From a virus (taxonomy: Duplodnaviria > Caudoviricetes), in the IMG/VR virus record IMGVR_UViG_3300032248_000113, positions 1 through 40,504 of that record: a stretch of 40,504 bases of DNA; one strand, given 5' to 3'. Positions 9,531-18,895 of the stretch are shown here, piece after piece. The notes beneath the pieces are model-generated. The model had not been told where the DNA came from. It did no database searches and was given only the letters and a program-made list of their open reading frames with translations. Made by a program: the position numbers and the translations under genes. Within the stretch, counting starts at the first letter, position 1. Each line of letters begins with the position of its first letter.

Positions 9531-9956
9531 CTAGAGATCCTCGAAGGTTTCAAAGGTCATGCGGACCTGGGATTGAAAGTACCCTTCGGGAGACGGCGTA
9601 GCCACCACCTCTGGGCCTGTTGGGGGATCAAAGCGAACCCCCGATGTATTGATTCTAACGTACAAATCCCGGATTCTCTTTGCAACAGTGAAGTTAGCGC
9701 CTGGACCGACGCCTTTGGCTGAAAAGATGTTGATTACCGCAACACCGATTACGCTATTGCTAGCACCTGCGCCAGTACCCATCGTGACGTAATTGTTGTT
9801 GCCAAAGCTGACTAGGCATTGCACCCATGTGCTACTAGGTGTTGGAGTATATGCCATGTTGTGAAACACAACAGGTATCACTGGCGCTGTAGCTAGTTCA
9901 GTTGCTAGGCGCCCTTCGATTACAGCACGAATTGCATTGAGATCAAGCGCAGCCAT
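9531..9956 (-). CDS. Putative tail terminator / completion protein
   Basis: Directly upstream of the tail tube genes; GVAVINIFSAKGVG pattern typical of this family. Confidence 0.65.
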   Translation of the reverse strand: MAALDLNAIRAVIEGRLATELATAPVIPVVFHNMAYTPTPSSTWVQCLVSFGNNNYVTMGTGAGASNSVIGVAVINIFSAKGVGPGANFTVAKRIRDLYVRINTSGVRFDPPTGPEVVATPSPEGYFQSQVRMTFETFEDL

Positions 9957-10402
9957 TAGGATTGCCTCCCGATTTGATCCGCCCGTTGCCTAGCGCGGTT
10001 TGCCATTTGCCTTGCGATCAACTCCACCCACCCAGCCGGCGCCTGTGTGCTGTGGCCATTACCTAAGCGTTCTGCATATGGCAGCGTGTTATGGATGTGA
10101 TAGGAATTGCCAACGCGCTCGGTATCGGGTCTGTAGTTGATGCCTACTGCCAAGCCTGGTATGGGGGTTTTCGGTGGTGATGTTTGGCCAATAAATGCAC
10201 CCGTAGATTTTGATTGCGGCCCTGCATCATAGTTGCCAGTTGTATTTTCACCTACCACCCAGCTCATGCGAAATCGCCCGGTATCAACTGGGCTTTGCAT
10301 CTTTAGCTCTAGGTCGGTCTCTAATACCACAATGCGCAGCAACTTATCAACTTGCTCTTCGCTGAACTTACCAAAATCACTTAGCCTGATGATTTGCGCC
10401 AT
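9956..10402 (-). CDS. Neck / tail-completion protein, HK97 gp10-like
   Basis: SPVDTGRFRMSW and NTLPYAERLGNGHSTQAPAGWV motifs. Confidence 0.75.
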   Translation of the reverse strand: MAQIIRLSDFGKFSEEQVDKLLRIVVLETDLELKMQSPVDTGRFRMSWVVGENTTGNYDAGPQSKSTGAFIGQTSPPKTPIPGLAVGINYRPDTERVGNSYHIHNTLPYAERLGNGHSTQAPAGWVELIARQMANRARQRADQIGRQS

Positions 10403-10403
10403 G

Positions 10404-10760
10404 TTAAGCCCTCAGTACCAGTTCATAGGTAATCGACTGGTTATCTTGCTCAATTGTTTGTACGTTAATGATCTGATGCGAAATGGTGCTGATGATAACT
10501 CGATCAGCGGTGCTAGGTGTAATAGCTAGATCAGTTGCAGCAATAAACAGCCTCTTATCACCAGCTTGGATCAGTTCATTTACTTCACGTGCCTTGACGT
10601 CTTGCAATACACCGCGCAAGCTGTAATCAGTTGTTGTTTCCGTAATTGCACCCGTGCTGGCATTGTAGGCGCCGCCGCTGACACGTCTATAGGTCAATGC
10701 GCCGCCAAACTTCTCCATTAGCTTGGAGGCAGTCTTTTGCAGCGAGGATGCAAGGGCCAT
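10404..10760 (-). CDS. Putative head-closure (head-tail joining) protein
   Basis: Position in the neck cluster; YNASTG...LIQAGDKRL pattern. Confidence 0.65.
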   Translation of the reverse strand: MALASSLQKTASKLMEKFGGALTYRRVSGGAYNASTGAITETTTDYSLRGVLQDVKAREVNELIQAGDKRLFIAATDLAITPSTADRVIISTISHQIINVQTIEQDNQSITYELVLRA

Positions 10761-10990
10761 TAAATCTTGTATGCAGCAATCTTGCCTGATGCCAATGTGA
10801 CACTTGTAAATACAGCCTCGACAGACTGGCCGGCCTTCAGTGGCACACTGGTAAATGCGTTGCCAGTCTGGTTCATGATCACGGCGCTAGCGATCACTGA
10901 ATCCTCGAAAGCAACCAGCTCAGAAAAGCGACCCGTGTGGGCTGCCGTATCGCTGATGTACTCAAACCCGATGGCGTATTCGGAAGACAT
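10760..10990 (-). CDS. Small hypothetical virion protein
   Basis: 76 aa, beta-rich, closely packed with its neighbours (TAATG overlap downstream). Confidence 0.6.
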   Translation of the reverse strand: MSSEYAIGFEYISDTAAHTGRFSELVAFEDSVIASAVIMNQTGNAFTSVPLKAGQSVEAVFTSVTLASGKIAAYKI

Positions 10991-10992
10991 GA

Positions 10993-11556
10993 TCAGCTCC
11001 TGCGGATTGAGATGTTGCCTGGTCCACTGATTCTAAGGCCTGTAAGATAGCGTTCCATCATTGGCGGCACTTTATCGGCGCCAGCCTGCGGGCTGCTGGT
11101 ATTCATCGTGACGCTAATCGGTCCGATGCTGACGCTGTTATAGTCTTCAAGGCCACTAAGCCCAAGGCTATCGGTATTGTTATTCAAGAAGACAGCCAGC
11201 ACGGCCTGCGCTTGCTTGATCTGCGTTGGGATTTCGGTATCAGTGAAATAATCAGTTGTGATACGAAATGGAAAGCCAACGGCGTATGTATTGATGTAGG
11301 TATCCGGCTTGCGTACACCAGTACGCGGCCATTGCAGTGCTTGAGTATCAGTAGCGCGGGCACCAAGAAACCGCTCGCGGTCTAGCCTTTGCGTTGCGGT
11401 GTATAATGCACGATTTTTTGCGTCGGTGGTTGCTGATGCCCATGCTGTCACATCAGCATCTAATACCAAGCCATCAATAATGGCCTGTGCATCAGCTAGC
11501 GTCTGGTACGTGTTTGACGTGCTTCCGCCGACTGTTGCGATTAGGGTGATCGCCAT
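10993..11556 (-). CDS. Head-tail adaptor (DnaT-like domain family)
   Basis: SNTYQTLADA...ALYTATQRLD...QALQWPR...IPTQIKQAQ pattern, downstream of the capsid genes. Confidence 0.7.
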   Translation of the reverse strand: MAITLIATVGGSTSNTYQTLADAQAIIDGLVLDADVTAWASATTDAKNRALYTATQRLDRERFLGARATDTQALQWPRTGVRKPDTYINTYAVGFPFRITTDYFTDTEIPTQIKQAQAVLAVFLNNNTDSLGLSGLEDYNSVSIGPISVTMNTSSPQAGADKVPPMMERYLTGLRISGPGNISIRRS

Positions 11557-11668
11557 TATTTGGTTCTGGTGTTGGATCTATCTTAGCTGGCTTCGGCGTA
11601 GAAAAAGAGGCCACATCCGAAGATGCAGCCTCACGTTCACGCAGTCGCCGGAAGGCGAACAGTCCCAT
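11492..11668 (-). CDS. Small hypothetical protein (58 aa, MGLFAFRRLREREAA...)
   Basis: ATG overlaps the upstream stop (TAATG). This is the 3' part of track ORF 11492..11887. Confidence 0.55.
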   Translation of the reverse strand: MGLFAFRRLREREAASSDVASFSTPKPAKIDPTPEPNNGDHPNRNSRRKHVKHVPDAS

Positions 11669-12081
11669 TAGGCAACAGCGGATCCAGTAGAGCCAAGGCC
11701 ATAAAGGGTAATGGCCTGCGAACCGGCAGTGACGTTTGCCACGTATCCAATGAACTCCTTGGAGGCGTTCTGAGCCACAGTGGCAACACCTGAAACCGTA
11801 ACGCCAGTACCACCAGCAACGGTAATGGTAATAGCAGTAGCAGCAGCATTCAGTACCACAACACGGAAGGAAGTACCGACAGCACAATCACCGCCAATGG
11901 CAGAGATGATGTTGGCAGCAGTATCAGTGGTGTAGGTAGCGGTGCTGGTGGGGATGCCACGCACAATCGAGTTATACGATTGCGCAGCGGTCAATGTGGC
12001 AGTGTTGGTAACATTTGCCAAGGTGCTAGTACCAGGCAGCAAGCCGCCGGGAATATCACCAAGTTCAAAGATAGAAGCCAT
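11668..12081 (-). CDS. Putative head decoration / cement protein
   Basis: Directly after the capsid gene, Ala/Thr/Gly-rich, with a GAGGT Shine-Dalgarno upstream. Confidence 0.6.
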   Translation of the reverse strand: MASIFELGDIPGGLLPGTSTLANVTNTATLTAAQSYNSIVRGIPTSTATYTTDTAANIISAIGGDCAVGTSFRVVVLNAAATAITITVAGGTGVTVSGVATVAQNASKEFIGYVANVTAGSQAITLYGLGSTGSAVA

Positions 12082-12092
12082 GGTTAATTACC

Positions 12093-13118
12093 TCAATCGA
12101 AGTTGGAAGTGTTGGACGAACGCACGATACCAATGTTCTTGGTTTCGTACACTTTGGTCCAGTTGCCGATGGTCTCCAACTGAGCGCGGGTTGGGTTAGT
12201 GGTAGTCACCGCCCACTTGGCGCCAACAGGGTGGTATACATAATGAAGGTCCATCGACATGGCATCACTCTTGGCAAGGATGTCACGATCGGTTTCAATC
12301 TCCATTCCCATTTGCTCACCGCTGGCGATAGCGCCTTGGGTGAAGAAATAGGTTGCATACTCAGTGCTGGAACCGCTGCCATCAGTTTGCACGTCATCGG
12401 AGACGATCACGCGCAGACCCATGTAGGTAGGTACGGTCACATCACCGCCATAGGCAGCAACGATCGTACCACCAGATTGGGTAGTGCTAGTGCCACGGGC
12501 ATCGGTGGTAGCCACGTAGTCAATAGCACGGCGCTCCACCAAGTCATAATAGACCTTGGAGTGCATACAGACAGCAGCCAACTTGTCGCCTTGATCGCCC
12601 AGGATTGAGCGAGCTTGGGCAACGTGGCGGGGCGACAGCACCGTAGGTGTGTCAGCGCTTTTGCCGTCAATCGTCAAGTCAACGAAAGAAGCAGAGTTGT
12701 TGCTGCCGATACTACCGAAAATACCAGCCAGGCAGGAAAGAAGATCTTTCTGGCGTTGGTTGGCGATGTAATCGGCAATCTTGGCGCCAATGGCGGCCAT
12801 GGGGTCAGCGCCAGCAGCAAGTGCTGCAAGATCGCGTGCCTCAAAGGCGCGGCCACGGTGCAGAATCACGCCAACTTGCTTGTCAGCAGTGATCTTACCG
12901 GGAGTCAGTGAGGTGCTGTCAGTCAGCACTTCAAAGTCGCCAGATAGGTTGGCTTTCCAGAAGGGAACGTTGATGAAATCACCACCCTCGGTAGCATTCA
13001 ACTCCGCCAGTGGTTGGACCACACCGCTAGCCAGGAAGGCATCGCGTTGGGTGGTCTGCTCCAGCAGATAGGGAGTAAAAATCTCGGGGATGATGACATC
13101 AGAGCGAAGAGTCGCCAT
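12093..13118 (-). CDS. Major capsid protein
   Basis: 341 aa; SDVIIPEIFTPY...FLASGV...INVPFWK...DPMAAIG...ETDRDIL; follows the scaffold gene. Confidence 0.92.
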   Translation of the reverse strand: MATLRSDVIIPEIFTPYLLEQTTQRDAFLASGVVQPLAELNATEGGDFINVPFWKANLSGDFEVLTDSTSLTPGKITADKQVGVILHRGRAFEARDLAALAAGADPMAAIGAKIADYIANQRQKDLLSCLAGIFGSIGSNNSASFVDLTIDGKSADTPTVLSPRHVAQARSILGDQGDKLAAVCMHSKVYYDLVERRAIDYVATTDARGTSTTQSGGTIVAAYGGDVTVPTYMGLRVIVSDDVQTDGSGSSTEYATYFFTQGAIASGEQMGMEIETDRDILAKSDAMSMDLHYVYHPVGAKWAVTTTNPTRAQLETIGNWTKVYETKNIGIVRSSNTSNFD

Positions 13119-13150
13119 GGTGTCGGGGGCAATGGGATGATTGACGGTTT

Positions 13151-13183
13151 GGGCGCAGCCCCTAGCTAAATGGCGCAGCCATT
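13151..13183 (-). promoter_or_regulatory. Two tandem stem-loops with C(UGC)G loops in the capsid gene leader
   Basis: GGGC-TGC-GCCC at 13151-13161 and AATGGC-TGC-GCCATT at 13169-13183. Confidence 0.6.
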
Positions 13184-13201
13184 ACAGCAGTTGCCACTAT
13201 C

Positions 13202-13867
13202 TTAGCGTTGCGCGGCTGCTTTCATGCGATCATATAGATCACGATCTGTTCTGAATAGCCGGGATTGCTCGGTTAGGTTGAATGTTTCAGATGCAAATGG
13301 GTTTTTACCAAGTGGCGCCTGGCCTGCATTGCTGCCGGCTGATGGTGCGCCGCTGCCCTGCGGCCTTGGTGCCTTTTGCATCCATGATGGCAACGTCTTA
13401 GCCCATTCTGCTACTGGTGTGCGCTTGTAACCATCAACAACAACCACCGTACCATCAGGTTCACGCTCGATCTTGTCGGCGCTGAGCTTAGAACGCAGCA
13501 CTAAGTCAGGATCATGGACGATCTCAGCCAATGCTGTAACAGCGGGCGCGATTAGCTCAAGCTCTCGTACTTTGGCTTCGAGAGATTCAATGCGCTGGTC
13601 CTTTTGCGCCGTCGCCTCACGGTACTGCTGCTCCAGAGCTTGCCTTGCTTCGGTGTAGTTGCCTTGCTGTTCAAGCTGCTGCTGTTCATGCGTACGCTTG
13701 AACTCAAGCAACTCATCGACGTTGACCCCATCTGGCACCTTAGACGCTTTGGACTTTGCAGCACGTAGCTCAGTGATTAGCTCGCTGTTTTTGCGTTCTA
13801 ATGCTTCAATGCTGCGTTGCATTGCATCAGCAGCCGCAGGCTCCTGATTGGTGATTTCTTCGGACAT
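13202..13867 (-). CDS. Capsid scaffolding protein
   Basis: Coiled-coil N-terminus, C-terminal GSGA...KNPF...FNLTEQ pattern, directly upstream of the capsid gene. Confidence 0.8.
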   Translation of the reverse strand: MSEEITNQEPAAADAMQRSIEALERKNSELITELRAAKSKASKVPDGVNVDELLEFKRTHEQQQLEQQGNYTEARQALEQQYREATAQKDQRIESLEAKVRELELIAPAVTALAEIVHDPDLVLRSKLSADKIEREPDGTVVVVDGYKRTPVAEWAKTLPSWMQKAPRPQGSGAPSAGSNAGQAPLGKNPFASETFNLTEQSRLFRTDRDLYDRMKAAAQR

Positions 13868-13882
13868 TATCCCGCAGGGATA
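13868..13882 (-). promoter_or_regulatory. Stem-loop with C(UGC)G loop abutting the scaffold start codon
   Basis: TATCCC-TGC-GGGATA immediately followed by ATG. Confidence 0.6.
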
Positions 13883-13889
13883 GGTTGCC

Positions 13890-14162
13890 CTACCACTTTA
13901 CCTTATCGGCCCAGTAAGCAGCAGACAGTTTACCCTTGGCGATATTATCGGCGTGCCGTGCCTTGAATAATGCGCGGCGTGCTTTGTCTGCGGCTGATTC
14001 ACCTTTCTTCGGTGGTGACCCAGATACACCTTGCTGGCCGAAGCGGATCAGCTTAACCGTATCGCCTTCCTTGGCAAGTACGGCATGGGACTTCTTCGGA
14101 TTATTCGGCGTGCGCTTGGGCTTGTTGTAGCCCTCAAATTGCTCGCCGTGATAGGTTATCAC
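13890..14162 (-). CDS. Small basic hypothetical protein
   Basis: 90 aa, Lys/Arg-rich; GTG start overlaps the upstream TGA. Confidence 0.7.
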   Translation of the reverse strand: MITYHGEQFEGYNKPKRTPNNPKKSHAVLAKEGDTVKLIRFGQQGVSGSPPKKGESAADKARRALFKARHADNIAKGKLSAAYWADKVKW

Positions 14163-14314
14163 TTCTTTTTCTTTGCAGTCTTAGCAGCAGCCTTAAATGC
14201 AGCGGCGCTAGGCCGGCCTTCTTCGCCCTTGCGTGCCATGCGTTCTTTACTGCCAGCTTCGATACGCTTGCGCTTGGCGTTGATGTTAGCGTATAAGCCG
14301 GGTTTCTTTGGCAT
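14159..14314 (-). CDS. Small very basic protein (51 aa, MPKKPGLYANINAKRKRIEAGSKERMARKGEEGRPSAAAFKAAAKTAKKKK)
   Basis: Not in the ORF track. TAATG overlap upstream and GTGA overlap downstream. Confidence 0.75.
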   Translation of the reverse strand: MPKKPGLYANINAKRKRIEAGSKERMARKGEEGRPSAAAFKAAAKTAKKKK

Positions 14315-14505
14315 TATTTCATACCTTTTTTCTTAGTAGACTTCTGCGTCTTACCAGCTTCGCTTAATGCAATAGCAATCGCCTGCTTACGGCTTTTGAC
14401 CTTAGGGCCTTTGCCGGGGCCTGGCTTGCCGCTTTGCAGCGTGCCGCGTTTGTACTCACCCATCACCTTGGCGACCTTGGCTTGGGATTTGGTTGGCTTT
14501 TTCAT
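14314..14505 (-). CDS. Small very basic protein (63 aa)
   Basis: KVAKVMGEYKRGTLQSG...KVKSRKQAIAIALSEAG, DUF6496-like pattern from recall. Confidence 0.75.
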   Translation of the reverse strand: MKKPTKSQAKVAKVMGEYKRGTLQSGKPGPGKGPKVKSRKQAIAIALSEAGKTQKSTKKKGMK

Positions 14506-14509
14506 GCCC

Positions 14510-15706
14510 TCAGTTTACCGGCCCATAGCGGCTGCGCAGTTGCGCTAACGTCAACTCAGAGCCATCATCACGGACCAGCTTTGCCATGGCATCTGTTGGG
14601 CCGTACTTTTTGGCAAGGCGGTTAAAGTATGCCACTTTGCCAGGGCCTAGCGCATTGGCCTGCGTTGCACGTGACTGCTTTGCTAGCCATTCGCCGTAGG
14701 TTTCATTACCTGGCACTGGCCCATCCATGCTTGCGCGTTTGCCTTCTGGCGGTGGTGGTATATCCAGTGCTTTGTAGTCGATCACTGGCACCGTAGTAGA
14801 CCGGCAATTGAAATGTTGCGGCGGCATCGGGCCTTTGCCATATTCAAACTCACGGCCATCCAATGCGCGACATATTGCGCTTGTCCTAGTGTCAAGTGTT
14901 GCGATGTAGCGGTACTTCTTGGTGATGTCTTGATTGCCCTCGTACACCTGTTGGCTTGCTGCATTTGCTACTTGATTAATGCTTGTGCGTACTAATGCAA
15001 TAATCTGATTATCTGCTACTTGCGTTAGCTGGCCGCCTGCTGCTGCGATCTGCCCTACGGTTTTTGCTTCTTCACCAAATTGCAGGCTGCCGATTAGCCG
15101 CTTTGCTATTGATGGTGTCGTTTCACCAGTTAGTAGGCCATTGCGTACCACCTGGCTGAACTGCTCAGCCTGTGATGTAGCAATACCGCGAAATGCTTTA
15201 CTTACTACTTGCCCATTAGGTAGCGTGATCGTTGCACCTTGCGCAGCAGTAAGGCTAAAGGTCTGCGGTGCGCCGTTGACTGCGGCAAATAGATCATTCG
15301 ATAATGTGACAACATTAAGCTGCGTTGGATCAGTCGTTACAACTGATTGCGCAAACTGCGGGCTGATTTCTACGGTATTGATATTGCTACGCAATACACC
15401 TGGCGGCATCGCCTTGCGCAATTCATCAGTTACAAACTGCGATTGCAGCTCTGCAATGCCTTGCAGTTCGATTGCTGTTAGCTCAGTCGCATCACCCGCC
15501 CAGCCATCCAAGGATTCTTTTAACTGCGCAAGGATACTGCGCAAGCGTGCTGCCTTGACCGGTGCCGCAAGGTCATCGATCATGCGCAACTGATCTACAG
15601 CATTAACGATGATGTCGTTATAGGCATTGATGACGCGCCGTGCAACACTATTGCTATAGCGATTAAGGTCGATCGCATTTTTATATAGCCTTGCTGGTGT
15701 GCTCAC
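14510..15706 (-). CDS. Minor head morphogenesis protein, SPP1 gp7 / Mu gpF family
   Basis: ATLDTRTSAICRALDG...PPQHFNCRST motif, downstream of the portal. Confidence 0.88.
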   Translation of the reverse strand: MSTPARLYKNAIDLNRYSNSVARRVINAYNDIIVNAVDQLRMIDDLAAPVKAARLRSILAQLKESLDGWAGDATELTAIELQGIAELQSQFVTDELRKAMPPGVLRSNINTVEISPQFAQSVVTTDPTQLNVVTLSNDLFAAVNGAPQTFSLTAAQGATITLPNGQVVSKAFRGIATSQAEQFSQVVRNGLLTGETTPSIAKRLIGSLQFGEEAKTVGQIAAAGGQLTQVADNQIIALVRTSINQVANAASQQVYEGNQDITKKYRYIATLDTRTSAICRALDGREFEYGKGPMPPQHFNCRSTTVPVIDYKALDIPPPPEGKRASMDGPVPGNETYGEWLAKQSRATQANALGPGKVAYFNRLAKKYGPTDAMAKLVRDDGSELTLAQLRSRYGPVN

Positions 15707-15981
15707 ATCCCTCTAACGCCAAATGCTTCTAATGGCCATTCAGTGCGGATATTAACATCAGCGCCTTGGATCATTGCATCAAGGATAACATCTGCTAATT
15801 CATTAAAACCATCTTCGCCATTTTCCATGATGACAAATTCTGTTACCCTACTATCCTTAATGTTAATACGAACAATCGCCAACATATCAACAGGCAGCCG
15901 ACCGCGTACAAAGGTAAGCATTTGGCCGCTGAAATCATACTGATTAGGCCTGCGAAATAAATTGCGTATCCAGTCGATCAT
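15703..15981 (-). CDS. Hypothetical protein
   Basis: 92 aa; overlaps both neighbours by 4 bp (ATGA and GTGA). Confidence 0.6.
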   Translation of the reverse strand: MIDWIRNLFRRPNQYDFSGQMLTFVRGRLPVDMLAIVRINIKDSRVTEFVIMENGEDGFNELADVILDAMIQGADVNIRTEWPLEAFGVRGM

Positions 15982-17345
15982 TGCAAGCCACCGTTAGCGG
16001 TTGCGTCTACTTCTTCTTGTACATCAAAATCATCTCCTAGCACTTCACCATCTGATAATTGCATCAGTAGTGTTTCTTTGGTAATTGTGCCTGCTGTATA
16101 AAGTTGCAGCAGTGCATTAACGTCTGCTGGTTCCAACCTAGCGCCGATGAAATCACGATTTACCGTACAACTACCTGCTGCCTCTTGCTGGCCCATAAAT
16201 TGCGCATGGAACTTAAGGCTATTGTCGATCATGTCTTGTACGTTTTGCGCAATTACCATCATCGTGCTATCACCTTGACTGCGGTCGATCATTTTAGATG
16301 CTGCGGTTTCAGCCGATAATTTCTGGCCCAATACAGCAGATAGGCCTAGCTCATTAATTTGCGCTGCAATTTGATCTAGCCGCTTGAATTGAAAATCAAA
16401 GCTGCGACCTTGCGGTTCAACGTATTCTGCCCTGCCATCAGCAGGAAATGCTAATGCTTCACCGGGGCCGGCTGATACTTCCTCGGCACTTGTTGGAAAG
16501 CCAAAAAATGCTAGCATCGGCACTGCTGAAATGTGCAGTTGGTTATCAAGGTCTGATTGTACTTGATAACTTTTCAGATTTAGCTCTGCAATATCTTCCA
16601 GCGGCGGCCTTGATTCCATAAAACCAATGCGGTTACTATATGCCACGCTGAATGGGATTTGATCTAGGCTTGTGGTGCCTTCATCAACTACTTTGTAATT
16701 GCCATTATCCTGGCGTTGATGAATCTGATACTGCCCAGGCGTTAGGACACGCACCTGATCGATTTGCTTTTCGCCGTATTTACTATCGGGGTCTGCTTCT
16801 AGTACGGTTTCTTGCAGCCGTAGTTGGATTAATCGTTGGGCGCCATCTTGCTGCTCGGTGCGATAACCAAGTATTTGCCGTGGTGTATAAGTACACCAAT
16901 AAGGACGACCACCATTTGATGGTGCATCAACAAGGCAACCGATATGGCCATAACGCACCAGCTTGCGAGCAGTTTCGTATGTCCATACATTAAGGTCATT
17001 GCCTTGCATGTCTACATCAAATAGCTGCTCGCGTATTGCATCTGATACATCTTGCAGCTTGACGGGCTTGCGCGTCAACATACCAGCCAGCATACGCTCT
17101 AGGCGCTGGTAGTAAGGCGGCACAACACTACGCGCTAGGCGGTTGTCGTAGGACTCATCAAGCTCACGCGGCTCCTGCGGTAGGTAGCGGCGATGCTTAC
17201 GCCTGATGCCGTAGGTGCCACCTAGTAAATCCTCAATCAGGATCCAATGCGGCTCCATCGCGTGCCATGCGCCATTGGGGTCCCCAACCTGCGTTACGGG
17301 TCGATCGGTGACTTTACGATCGTAGGCGGCTGGGGTGCTATACAT
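15978..17345 (-). CDS. Portal protein (DUF4055-like)
   Basis: 455 aa after TerL; YLPQEPRE...YDNRLARS...PPLEDIAELNLKSYQ. Confidence 0.85.
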   Translation of the reverse strand: MYSTPAAYDRKVTDRPVTQVGDPNGAWHAMEPHWILIEDLLGGTYGIRRKHRRYLPQEPRELDESYDNRLARSVVPPYYQRLERMLAGMLTRKPVKLQDVSDAIREQLFDVDMQGNDLNVWTYETARKLVRYGHIGCLVDAPSNGGRPYWCTYTPRQILGYRTEQQDGAQRLIQLRLQETVLEADPDSKYGEKQIDQVRVLTPGQYQIHQRQDNGNYKVVDEGTTSLDQIPFSVAYSNRIGFMESRPPLEDIAELNLKSYQVQSDLDNQLHISAVPMLAFFGFPTSAEEVSAGPGEALAFPADGRAEYVEPQGRSFDFQFKRLDQIAAQINELGLSAVLGQKLSAETAASKMIDRSQGDSTMMVIAQNVQDMIDNSLKFHAQFMGQQEAAGSCTVNRDFIGARLEPADVNALLQLYTAGTITKETLLMQLSDGEVLGDDFDVQEEVDATANGGLQ

Positions 17346-17375
17346 CAGCGGTTAATCAGTGTCTTTACTTTAGGG

Positions 17376-17525
17376 TCATTCTGCATCCTCTTCCTCGTCT
17401 TCATCAGCCATCATGTCAAATGCCAAGCGCTGTTTCACCAGTTCCAGGGCGCCAAGAACCTCAATGGCGGTCACATCTTCGAGGCTACCGATCAGATCAT
17501 CAATTGCGGTCAGTAAGTCTTCCAT
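17376..17525 (-). CDS. Small acidic protein (49 aa, MEDLLTAIDDLIGSLEDVTAIEVLGALELVKQRLAFDMMADEDEEEDAE)
   Basis: Not in the ORF track. Fills the terL-portal gap and is preceded by TATACT. Confidence 0.7.
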   Translation of the reverse strand: MEDLLTAIDDLIGSLEDVTAIEVLGALELVKQRLAFDMMADEDEEEDAE

Positions 17526-17545
17526 GGGTTTGGATGTAGACGGCA

Positions 17546-18895
17546 TCAGTATACCCTAACGCCAGTGCCACGGCCAGCCCCAGCGTGCAATGGGTTGAAC
17601 TCACGCCATACCAGATAGCCGATAGCATCATTCATGTGGTCATAACCGCCATCTTTATCGGGTTCGCCCTTTTCGTTGTAACTTTGAAGCTCCAGGCATT
17701 CGATCAACTTACAGCAACTGTGGTCAATGTGTAGACGGATCTCACCTTTGCCATTTTCCATCAATGCTTGCATTGCTGCCACACGATCACGTACTGGCGG
17801 GTTAGCGCGTGGTGACTGGTTACTCATGCCATAAGACTCAAGGATTGCAATATCGGTCTGGCTTGCGTTGGTACTGCGATTGCCGCCACTTGCGTCTGGA
17901 TAAACGTAAAGGCGATGGTCGGGGTAGCGTGCTTTGATTGTTTGCGCTAAAGCATCGGTATCATGCGCACCGCTGATCTCATCAAATACATGCAATGTCT
18001 TACCATTGCGATAAGCGATCACGGCAGACATATTACCTATGTTAAAGTCAACGCCAATACGAAGCGGTTCGCGGTATGATGGCGCCTCGATTGCGGTTAC
18101 ATGCTTTGCGCGATCGAAACGGTCATAGACCTGGCCTGTGGTGAGGTTGACAAATTCACCATCTAGGTATGCCTTAAGCAGTTGCGGGTCATAGTTTGCT
18201 TCAAGACGTTCGATGAAGTCCGGCGGCAGGTATGGGTTATCTTGCGTGCGCATTCGGATTAGCCGCCTGTCGCTACGGCCTTTGCCGTCTTCACTGGCAA
18301 ATGTTTGCCACATCCACCTGAATCCCTCTGGTGTTGATGCAGCTGCAAACTGCCGCACATTACCAGCACGCAAGCGGCCAAGAATCTTCGGAAATGCTTT
18401 GTTTGCTATAGCAGGCGCAACAGTGTCTATTTCATCGGTCAATATCCACGCAGCATTAATACCAATAATGCGCTGCCAATTCTCAAAGCTGCGGCATAGG
18501 ATCTTTGTATCACCATCAGGTAAATGCAGCATATACTCTGGCAATGGCGATGCCCTAAAGGTATAGGGTATGTCATACGCTTCTAGAAAATCATCAAAGT
18601 CGCTTTGCCAAATATCACGAATCAATGGGCCTGTAGGCTCCATTACAACGCCAATAAACCCCTGATTAGCAGCAGCAAGATGCACGGCCTTAGCGCATAA
18701 GGCGCGTGTTTTACCTGCGCCATAACCAGCACTAACGCCAAGTATGCTTGATGTTTGGTCATCAACGAAAGCAAGCTGGCCAGGATGCAAATCCTCGCGG
18801 ATACGTGCCAACAGGCTACTTACGTCGATGCTTTCATGGCTATGGCCAAACTGCTGTAATACATTGCCTGCTCTTGCAGTAGCAAGAATACTCAC
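17546..18895 (-). CDS. terL: Terminase large subunit
   Basis: Walker A GYGAGKT, Walker B ILTDE, nuclease GVDFN...DHMNDA. The likely start is GTG at 18895, overlapping the terS stop. Confidence 0.93.
   Translation of the reverse strand: MSILATARAGNVLQQFGHSHESIDVSSLLARIREDLHPGQLAFVDDQTSSILGVSAGYGAGKTRALCAKAVHLAAANQGFIGVVMEPTGPLIRDIWQSDFDDFLEAYDIPYTFRASPLPEYMLHLPDGDTKILCRSFENWQRIIGINAAWILTDEIDTVAPAIANKAFPKILGRLRAGNVRQFAAASTPEGFRWMWQTFASEDGKGRSDRRLIRMRTQDNPYLPPDFIERLEANYDPQLLKAYLDGEFVNLTTGQVYDRFDRAKHVTAIEAPSYREPLRIGVDFNIGNMSAVIAYRNGKTLHVFDEISGAHDTDALAQTIKARYPDHRLYVYPDASGGNRSTNASQTDIAILESYGMSNQSPRANPPVRDRVAAMQALMENGKGEIRLHIDHSCCKLIECLELQSYNEKGEPDKDGGYDHMNDAIGYLVWREFNPLHAGAGRGTGVRVY

Noticed and set aside
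11492-11887. Cys/Tyr-rich 131-aa ORF
   Set aside because: The Cys-rich part is an alternate frame over the Ala/Thr-rich decoration gene. Only the part from ATG 11668 looks like a real gene.
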